A stretch of DNA of 60,000 nucleotides from contig CM119372.1 of the NCBI GenBank assembly GCA_051294905.1, positions 3,722,001 to 3,782,000 on the forward strand. Direction: 5' to 3'. Below, piece after piece: positions 50,080-60,000 of this stretch. A program made the position numbers and the translations under genes. Position 1 is the stretch's first letter. Every line of letters starts with the position of its first letter. The notes beneath the pieces are model-generated. The model had not been told where the DNA came from and searched no databases. It saw nothing but the letters and a program-made list of their open reading frames with translations. Source of the DNA: Botryllus schlosseri. Its lineage: Eukaryota.

Positions 50080-53000
50080 TCACGTGGCTGTTGGTATCGC
50101 GTCGTTGTCATGTCCAAACGAGGCCGTGTTACACTGCTCTGGTGTAACCCGCTGGCCCATAGAATGCCACCGTCTGTATCCCAACGGGCCGTTTGCGCTG
50201 CTTTGGGGGCGTGGGCCGCACAGGACCGCGTTTACGCTGGTTTTGAAGTAACCCGCTCTGTCTACATCTGAAGGTTTCGTCAAAGAGGGCGATAGTTTCG
50301 GCGCGTTGCGTCCTAAACTTGAACCTGACATGGAAATGCTGGACAACGCCTCTTGAGACACTGGGGTTGAATTTGGGTGAACTGAAGGCCAGGTATCCCC
50401 GAATGGTAACTGCGTGTCACCTGTTAATCTAGAATTAGCCGCGGCGGCCGCGTACATGGGGTTCGGGAAGAAATAAAGAGGCAACTGAGGCATCATTGCT
50501 TGTGAATTTAAGGGTAGAGGCACCATGGATCCTTGGCCGTTACCCGCTAACCTACCAGGTAAAAGAGCGCCTGGTTTAGTCACTGGAGGCGAATGCGGGT
50601 TTTGTATCCGTGGTTGTGGCGGTCCAGGGTAAATCATACTCGGATGCGTGAAAGGTCCTGGTTTCATCATGTTGCCCATTGGGTCTGTGTAAGGCGGTTG
50701 GGGTATTCCAGGCGGGGTCATGATGCCCGGATGCGGTCTGGGCATGCCGGGCACGGAGGCGACTGCTAGCGCAGAGGCTGCGGCCGCGGCGCCGTAGAGC
50801 CCGTGCATGGCGTAGTAATTTTGGTGCGCCCACACTTCCCATTCGCTGAGATACTCGCGTTTCCATTTTGTGCGGCGGTTTTGGAACCAGATCTTGATCT
50901 GAAAGGAAATCGTCGCGGTCAATGTCAGTCTATATCGCATAGCAGACTTCGGACAACTAGATAATTCAACTTGTCTTTTTACACTATAATTAGAGCGAAA
51001 TTTTGGTTAGATATACTTCTAATTTAATTTGTGAAATGTTTCCATGCTCTATAATTTTTATTCTGGTCTAATTCGTTATCATTCGTGAAAACGACACAGG
51101 AGAACTGCATGTATAGTGCGAAACGATTCAAACTTGGTGTACGGACATTTGCTATTTCGCTCACGAAATTGAACTCTGATTTTATATCAAGCGAACTTGA
51201 TTTCGTTGCATTTTTTCTGATTCTGAACTTACTTCCAATTTCCAAGTTTTTACGAATTCGGCAATTCTAATTCTACTCTAATTTGGAAAATAAAGTCTTG
51301 CTATAATTCAGTGCTCGTGCCGCTTATCTACACGTTCTGGGCCGATGTGGATGTTTGATTGAGAATACATCAAGCCTTTTCTACTCCAATCTTTGCATTC
51401 CATCGCAATCCTGTGGTTAGGGTTGCATTTAAAACGAAGATCAATTTAAAACAAACATGTTTAAAACATGTTTTATAGTGTTTATTAATTTCCACGTCAC
51501 AGTGGATTCACAATGACAATTGAAAATGTAGGGTAAATATAGCTCCTTTGACGAAATATCTTTACTACAACTGTTAAACCGACAATTTTTAGGGTTCCAG
51601 CCACCCCACATCGTACACGTCGACTATATTGGGAGCAACTCGTCCGCAGGCTCACACTCCAGTAGTATTTACGCAGTTATGACATATTTATACATTTGAA
51701 AAAAGGCTATTTTATAAAACACCATTTGTTTTCAATGCAACCCTATTTGTTTTGTTTTGAAATGATGAAAATATTGAAGTTAACTGAAATACGAAGGACA
51801 GTGTGATTAAGCACTCGATTTCTACCTGAGTTTCGGTGAGTTTGAGCGCTTTCGACAGCTCCATTCTCTTCCCGACCGAGAGGTATTTGTTTCTCTGAAA
51901 TTCGTTCTCCAGCCTTTTGATCTGTTCCGGAGTGAAAGCCGTTCTCGGACGCTTTTTAACTTCCATCATGGTAGGAGAACGAGACATGCCCATGGCTGAA
52001 ATTGGGGAATCGCGCCGTGAATTGTCGCGTTGTCACAACGGTATATGTAAGGGATTGTAGCTTTGCAACTTGTGGACTTTTTTCGCGTCAGCGCTAGGTT
52101 ACAAAACGACTATCTCAGAAATTTTGCAATAGCTGTCGGGGCCGAGCATGTCAATACTCAATACACTAAAAGTCAAGGGCTGAAAGACTATTCTCACCGG
52201 ATAAATTTATACTCCACTGAGACAAGTAACAGCAAAACATTTTAGCTAGGCGGAAAACTCTTCCTTACCATTCTGTTCTACAAGAGGGATGCAATTGTAC
52301 CGACGTAAAGCTACTATAGGTTGACACGGCCTTTACGAGTTCATTGTCGACTGTTAATGGACGGCCCGACTTTTTTTCACTATAATCACTCATCTTGTAT
52401 TAAATCGAATGAAGTTCTGTTTATTGGGGTCAAAACCTAACGACAAGAATTGCGACCTTGTGTCCGAATAAAGAGGAGAATTGTACAAATTATCCGTAGT
52501 TTTTTACGTGTAATTTTTACTGTTTGTTTCGTTCCCGAGCATTTTGGTTGAATAAAGAGGTTTTCCTGTTTGTCCGGTGTCCGAATTAAGCGTTGTCGAC
52601 TGCATATGCACGATTTCACGAACGTAACGTTCACGGGTAAATACTCACTCTGGCTCTCTCACAACATTTCAGATATTTTGTCTGTTGCAATTGGTATAAT
52701 TTTGTAACACACAACTGTAATAAACGATGTAACAAATTTTACAATATGAATTATTGTTTGTTACGATATTGAAGCTCTGTACTTATAAAAACCTCTTCAA
52801 TTGATAGTTTGCTTGTAGCGAACTCAAAACCGTGTGCTGAGGCTCTATCAAAATGGAGATTTCACGCCGATGAACTTGTACGAATCCATCACTATGACAG
52901 CAGTCAATAGATTCCATTAAATCACGTATAATACCTAGGTGTGGGTTCAGACGTGTTTCAAGTTACATATCATATATAGTTAAAGGTACAGATGTTCAAT

Positions 53001-53404
53001 ATACAATTGAATAATGTACTCATATTGAAATAATCCCGAATATTTTCTGCTGACCTTCGCCAGGGGAAATCGCCAGCAACTATTTTCGTTGCGTATGAAG
53101 GTATATGTGATAGTACATGCAATTCAAAAGACTAACGAGCAGTTTTATGGTAACGATTTTCTGTTGTTTTACACTCATACCTTATGCATAACCTGATAAA
53201 TCGCACGATAACGGCCGTAATAAATAAAGTTCTTACACTTGTGATCGTCTCTGCGCAAGTCGAACGACGCCTCCGAGGGCGATGTGTCTTTATTTTTTGA
53301 CAAACTCATATTCGACGCTTGTTCCTCGTTGCCTTCGTTGTCGGGTGCCGGCGACGATCTCCCGATTATTCGCGATATGGAGTGGCTCGTCAAACCCCCG
53401 ACGC
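50080..53404 (-). CDS. Nedx: ANTP-class NK-like homeobox protein, best matching the Nedx / Drosophila lms family; 5-prime end unresolved
   Basis: Exons 53237-53404, 51826-51995 and 50080-50898 splice in phase. Homeodomain KKRPRTAFTPEQIKRLENEFQRNKYLSVGKRMELSKALKLTETQ/IKIWFQNRRTKWKREY has its intron at the usual 44/45 position. The post-domain motif KWKREYLSEWEVWAHQNYY parallels Nedx/lms, and an eh1-like TSHSISRIIG is present. The family call is from memory of the family consensus. Confidence 0.85.
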
Positions 53405-53710
53405 CTAATACGAAAACAATAGTTTACCCGAGTTATTTAGGCGATAAAATACTCGAATTCTCTCGTTGTGGAATTTGTTCTCATCAACAGTTGGAACACC
53501 AGATAATTTTTAGCTTTTCCAAATTACAACAGAATTACAGCTACACAGTTCTTTCCAAATTCGATCAGAATTAGAATTATAAATCCGCCTAAAATCGAAT
53601 CCAATTCCGAGTTGCAAAGAAACACATCAAAAATCAAGCACAGTTCGATTCAAAACTGAGTCGATTCTCGTAAGCTTTGGCGCGTTTCGTACTATGTATA
53701 CAGTTCAGCA

Positions 53711-53717
53711 TTTTATA
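53711..53717 (-). promoter_or_regulatory. Candidate TATA box for the homeobox gene
   Basis: TATAAAA on the minus strand about 300 bp upstream of the first recognisable exon; motif match only. Confidence 0.3.
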
Positions 53718-56700
53718 CCCAGTATAGCATTTTTAAACCCACGTGAAATTGAACAAGAGTTAAAATGAGAGCGTTGAAACATCTCACAAAATTTGATCAG
53801 GATTAGATCATTGGTCGTCCTAACAAGTCAAATCAGATAACGTGAATAATATAGTGCTCGGGGTCTGTTCTTCACGACGATACCATACTCTGAGTGTCAT
53901 CATCATCAATATCATCATTTCAGTAAGTTTTTATCAAATCAACACACCCCAAGTTTGCGATATAATGAAAAGATAGGATGGTGCCGAAAAAACTTGAAGT
54001 ACTGTAGTCTCATAATCAGACACCCGCTATTGTATTGATTTGTACTGTTGCACAACTATCTTAATATATGTATTCCGTGGATGCAAAAGAATACTTGAGT
54101 GTGGCGTTATAATCCACCAAACAAACATAATCAACAATTTTGATTTCTCTTCATATGAATTACGAAATTATGTCCCCGTATAATCGCATGAAGTTGACGC
54201 TGTTTCAACTGGATTGATACGCTTTGGAACTCAAGGGATCGATCTTAATGTCCAAACGGCTCTTAAGTTTAAAACCGCTATTTTGTTTTGTCATTAGCCC
54301 TCCTACGTTATTTATGACAAGGATAATATGACCGATATCTCCCCGAAAAGCCCTCCTACGCGACCACTCGCGAATAATCCGATATGTATTATGGATTCGA
54401 TCATCGTAGAGGATTACAGAGTCGCAGACTGAGACGCGGGGGGCACAACGCGACGCCGATACATCCGCGGACCAGGGCGGCAGTCAGCTGTCGGTTGTAT
54501 CGCGTAGAAATCGCGATTACGCAAAAATTAGCTCAAACCCCGTAATACCGGCGCGCGCTGATGTAAAATAAGATACGAGGTTTGGCATTATTTAGCCAAA
54601 AACACTTTAAGCGAATCACGATGCTTAGTTTTTATCATTTTCCGGGTCATTAGGCGCTGGTGAGCGGGTCTGGTTAATACCACCCTTGAAAACAGCGAAT
54701 TGATTAGCGGCCGATTGCGTTTACTTTCTTCAATAGCATCAGATTAACCTATCTAATCGTCTGAAACAAATTTTCATTTACAGTTTGGATAGCTTACTAA
54801 CCAAATCTACAGTCGATACTAGGAATTGGTTTATGGGTAGTAATAAGTGAATTTAAAACAAGCCCCATGACCCGATCAAGTTTTGATTGCGCTCGCAGAA
54901 GATAAAAACCAAGTTATACCCCGACACATGCAACTCCTTTTAGCATCGCTCCCTCAAAACCCACCCTGTAACGTACACATAGCTACATTCATCATCTTGT
55001 AAGGTTAAAAGGGCCACGCCCCGCCAAGTGGAAGCACTTTCGCGAGGCTTCGTGGTAGGGTACAGGCGATGGCTTTGATTATCGCCTATAATAATGTGCA
55101 ATCTATTAACGGCGTTTAATTATGGCGAGTTTAGACTGCTCCGAGAGTTAAATTGACCTCAAGACCAACAATGTATACAAAACATTGCTGGAACAAAATG
55201 GCGGGAGTATAGGCCTACGTTCTTGCACTGACCCACGGTTATAATCGTAGCGGGCGTATCGAAAACAGGAAGATTAACGCTTTTACATCAACACTCAACA
55301 CTAGAAACTATAAAACTTTTCGTCGTTACAATTCCATTCTACCCAATGATGCTTCAAACATAATATTTGGTGTGTCGTGCATCGCAGTAAACAAAGTGGA
55401 AATCGTCCATGTTGCAAAATACTGTCGCGCTACGGCTCGTTTAGTCTGTGATGCGAGAGAATGTTTTCAGCAATAATCACAAATTCTCAAAGATTCCGAG
55501 AAATGATTGTAATCAATTCACAGTTTTCACAGCTCAGTTTGTTTGTGATGTGATAGTCATATGATAGATAATAATCACAAAACTCGAATGATTTCTAGAA
55601 ATGATGTCATATTCAATGCAAAGTTTTTGAAATTAATCTGCATCCTGATACATTGCATTAAATTCATTGCCTACCTACAACGTTAGGAGCATTTAGCCTT
55701 TGGGGAAACATATCTTTTAAGACACCACTGAAGGCACAGAACTTCAATGCAAGACTCCTTTTGAATTCTCGACTATAGTTTCTGACAATTACCCCTGACG
55801 ATTGTCAGCCGTAAATATTCGGGTTTATATCAATATGAATATTCTATCCAATTAAATACCAATATATTATTCAATCGTTTAAATTTTTTATTTGAAAAAA
55901 AATCACGTTTTACGACATGCAAACAGTGTATACTATCCATAAATATCGGTTGAAACTTCGAAGATATTACAGTTTCTCGTAACACGCCATAAAGATCGCC
56001 CGAGCAAAACTGGCAATATAAGACGCACTTATATCTAAGGTGCATACATTGAACGCGGCGCCATGCGGACGCTTTTCGGAACACGGGATAGCTGGGAGCT
56101 TTGGGAAACAAATTACTTTGATTGCTACCCGCGATAGGGCGGATAAACCGGGCGACGCAACCCGCGCGCAGTGCCCACAGCAACAAATTAAATAAATGAC
56201 TGCACCGGCTGGAAATTTTACTGGTAAAACTTCTTGGAAAAAGACTTGGAATTTTCTCTTTCGGATACATTGTCTATGAAAGGTCTATTAATTTCGACAA
56301 GTGGTTCTTCATCGCTTCGGGAGATTGTATCAATACACTAAACATGTTGCGATTGGTTGCGCTGTTCTGTCATGCGATTCATTGCTAAAGTATGATTATT
56401 CTATCAAGTTTTCGGCGCAAAACTGCTTGCAGTTTGTAAACAAAAAACACTTATATTTACTTATCTGACATGCGAAACTACCGCGTAGTTACATGAATTT
56501 GCGTACAGTAAATCAGGTGACATTGAAGAAACAAGCACCACAACACAGCGGAGTCTGTTTACTTGTCATTATTACGTTGAATTGAAATGAACAACGTATA
56601 TATCAACAATCGTACCGTATGCAATTTTATTTTCAATTCTCTATTATAGTTGCTCACGATGTGTCAGCAGAAATTATTCGGGTTTATTTCGAAATCAATT

Positions 56701-58279
56701 TATTATTCAATTGTGTACTGAAATTATGCGAGAGTATCTTAAATTCCTTGTTTATTTCGAATATGGTTGGCCGCATTTATGAACCTTCGCTTCAAATGGC
56801 ATTCAGTCGAAAATCTCAGAGTGCAGTAAATTATACATTCTTCGAAATTGGTACCTCCAGGAAGCTTATTTGATTCGTGTTTTGTGAACTATAGGTAAGT
56901 TTCTGGAAATATTCGAGTCTTATTTTCAGCATTTGTGCCACAAATGCACTACTTTTGTGAAGTTTATAAATTTAAACAACACATTTTAGTATAGGTTACT
57001 TCGAGTTGCTTTTCACACGTTAATAATATAGCGTGTGTCACACAAACATTCGGATTGATTCAAACTTGGTAGAACGTCACCTTCTTAATCCAAGACATCG
57101 ATCCTCCGTACATGGAACTATCACATACAAAGTTTTTAAATGAATAGTAAATTCATACCGAAATAAACCCGAATATTTTCGGGTGACACTCGTCAGGGCC
57201 ATCGTCAGCAACTATCAAGGAATTGGAAATAACATTGTGTATCAACAATCGTAGCACAAGGTATGACGTGTATACATTGCAGTTATGTACCCCAAGAAGC
57301 TCTACAAAGTTTTTTATGACAAATCAGTGTGATACGTCCTAACTCCAAATATATGCTCATTGGACAGTTGCTCGTGCACTCAGCGCAAATTATAACACAT
57401 AATTACGGAGAAGTCGTGCAAGCTGTGATGTCAGGGTGGAAGACACAATCGACAAGGCCACCCATTCGCTAAATCCCATTAATTCGTGTTTCCGTAACAA
57501 TATTATGAAATTGTATATGTAATCCGCGTAAAGTCATGTTTAAAACGGTACGGATTCGACTCCAGCTCGGCGGTAATGAATCCCTCGGGAACAAGTTCGC
57601 AAATTTGTAAATACAATTCTCTCCGAAAGATGCACTGCCCGCGATGATACGCCGTGAAGAAACGAATTTACAGAAACGTAAACTTCCTACATTCGTTACT
57701 CAACGAGGCTTCTAAAGTGCGCATGAACTGCGGCAAGATGCCAAATCACCATCGAGTCGCGGCTAATACGCGATTTCCATGTTGTAAACATGGCCGTCAC
57801 GAATTACACAGTGCCCGGTGTGACCGCGAATACACGTATGGCCGTAAATGTGTTGAAATCATACGGTGGGAAATCGGACACAAAGGACGGACTCGGAAAA
57901 CTAGATAATTCAAGTTATGTAATTTGAGTAATTTGAGCGGAATGCTGGTAATCTGATTCTAACCTAATTTGTGAAATGTTTCTATACTCGCATTTTAATT
58001 CCAATCTAATTTCCGGTTTTCCTGAAAACGCTAAAACTGTACAGTGCGAAACGAGCTAATTTTTGCTGTACAGACATTTGTCATTCTCGTGCCGATGAGA
58101 ATGAATGAACTATGAATTTATATGAACCGAACTTGATTCGATGTTCTACTTTTCGCGAATTCAGTAATTCTAATTCTAATCAAATTTGGAAAAAAACATT
58201 TAGCTAAAAATCTAATTTAAATCTAATTTGAAAAAAAAATGTAACTATAATTCTAATTAAAGAGCTTCTTGTTCTTGTA

Positions 58280-58385
58280 GGCACAGAACTTCAATATACA
58301 ATTGAATAGTATATTCATATTGAAATGAGCCCGAATATTTTCGGCTGACACTCGTCATTGTATAATGTACATCAACAATTCGATA
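58280..58385. repeat. Short interspersed repeat family (other copies about 24529-24645, 27075-27190, 37514-37630, 52985-53080, 55733-55850, 56590-56730 inverted, 57150-57255)
   Basis: Shared GCACAGAACTTCAATA...CATATTGAAATAAACCCGAATATTTTCGGCTGACACTCGTCA...AACAATCGTA. Confidence 0.8.
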
Positions 58386-60000
58386 CGATTCATTTACGTT
58401 TCATCATACGGTTCATTTCAATATCTATATACTATTCAATAATTCTAATTGTAGTCTAATTCCGGAAAATATTGTGTAGCCATATTTCGAATTCTAATCT
58501 AATTTGGAAGAAACGAAAATTTTCTACTGCTAAGAGGGGGCAAAAGGGACTCACGAATTTTGATCGACACGTAAGCGTGGCGGTGTGAAACCTTAACAGC
58601 ATAGCTCATTCAAGACAACCTTTTATTGCTAAGAATCCCCCTCCCAACAGTGTTAAAAGAAGAAAGAACATCAAAAATGATTATACAAAATATCAGAATG
58701 AGTCAGAATGGTCATAACGAATATTTCCAGCAAATCAGTGCGGATGTCTGCTGGCTGGCTTACACAATATACTTTATTTTCAATATGTTATATAAATCTG
58801 TTTACGCGTATATAACTGTGTCAAATCCGAAGTAACCAGTGTCCAGGTGATACATACGTCGAAAACTAGCGGAAATTAACACTAAGCTATAATGAGTGAG
58901 CTGTATAAATCGAAGACTACATCCTTTTTTATCGTATTATCGGGTTGACTTGAGTCGATCTTATAAAGGTAACACTCATTTTCAAAGGCGATGGAGTTTG
59001 TTCTATAAAAATATGCGAATACGTGTTGGCGTTGTATCCAAATGTCAACTCCCGCCGGCAGCATACAGAACGCATGATCGATTGCATATAGTCGCGTATC
59101 ATAAATATACAACATTTTGGTCCGAAACTCAGATTTAGAACCGACCGCAAGCGTATGGTTCATACAACTTCGAAATATATCGGTTATCTGCGGTCGCCAG
59201 CAGTGTCTGTAATCTGCGTCGCGCGTAACACATCTCGAAATTCGCCCGACTTAATCCGTCCGCATCACGAGAATTACGTTGACGCTAAATCTGGTTTAAC
59301 TAATCGGTCATTAATCATGAACAATAGCTTACGGAGGATTTTGTCGCGCGGTACAGGTGCGCGGCATAAGCGTCGTAACAAGAAAGAAACGACGCCTAAT
59401 GATTGGAAAAGTTAGCCTTATTATATATACAACACCGCGAACAGAACGTGTGAAATAAATAAGCATTCCAAATGACAGTGTGTGCGCAGCTGTGTACTGA
59501 GATTTATTTGTTAATTGGCCCGCGATTTACAATGACATAATTTAGTCGTGACCCGTTGGATGTATGATGCAACCTTGGAATGTTACTGTAGCCGCCCTAC
59601 CCCTGTGCGGTATTCATTTCTCGAAAAGTATACACATATTTTGGTTGTCGGTGTGTAAAATGTGATTATTCTTACTGCGCCCGGCGTTCTTAACAAAAGC
59701 GAAATTCCGCACCTGGCTTTATTTGTGATACCATTAGCTGCGGCCGATCTACTAATCGCAACGATTGTGATTAATGTTGATAGCGGTAAACAAAATTATA
59801 GCGTCGTTATTCGCGATTTCACGATTTCTCGCCTGAGCCGGTGTGGTCTGTATTGCGCGAATATCGTTTTTCGAAACGGATAAAATATCTTTCGGTGCAT
59901 TGTACATATTCCAGAAGCTGCTACTTCATAATTTCACATACACACAAATCATTAGTATCTACGTATGTTGGTTGCACCGCATTCAAAACTCACTCGTATA

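Noticed and set aside
52649..52681. 33-bp AG/GT-bounded candidate micro-exon inside the homeobox gene
   Set aside because: In the required phase 1 it reads YKISEML* with a stop, and the flanking exons already join in frame. It is at most a poison exon, with no support.
55830..56270. 146-aa minus-strand ORF upstream of the homeobox gene
   Set aside because: No recognisable motif, and it runs into an interspersed repeat.

Overview
Animal genomic DNA, AT-rich with short GT-AG introns. The gene set is consistent with an invertebrate chordate such as an ascidian, but this is inferred, not proven. Three host genes are present: a 20-exon PDCD6IP/ALIX on the minus strand (22381-39880), an intronless nanos (+, 42278-43150), and an NK-like homeobox gene best matching Nedx/lms (minus, 50080-53404, first exon not resolved). 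The first 20 kb is mobile DNA. About 1-5.9 kb is a decayed Polinton/Adintovirus-like segment with an adenain-type protease. A 3.65-kb near-perfect inverted duplication (6000-9655 vs 15855-19508) is built from a nested non-autonomous hAT element. Swapped 8-bp target-site duplications, and an older element whose two TIRs now point the same way, indicate that the 6.3 kb between the arms was inverted by a transposon-driven rearrangement. That event left a composite junction made of a transposon end, filler and duplicated flank. The inverted segment carries a 3.5-kb THAP+DDE_Tnp_4 (ISL2EU/Harbinger-like) element with long, graded TIRs. Introns and intergenic DNA hold many MITEs and one tRNA-derived SINE. 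All coordinates were read by eye and may be off by a few bases.
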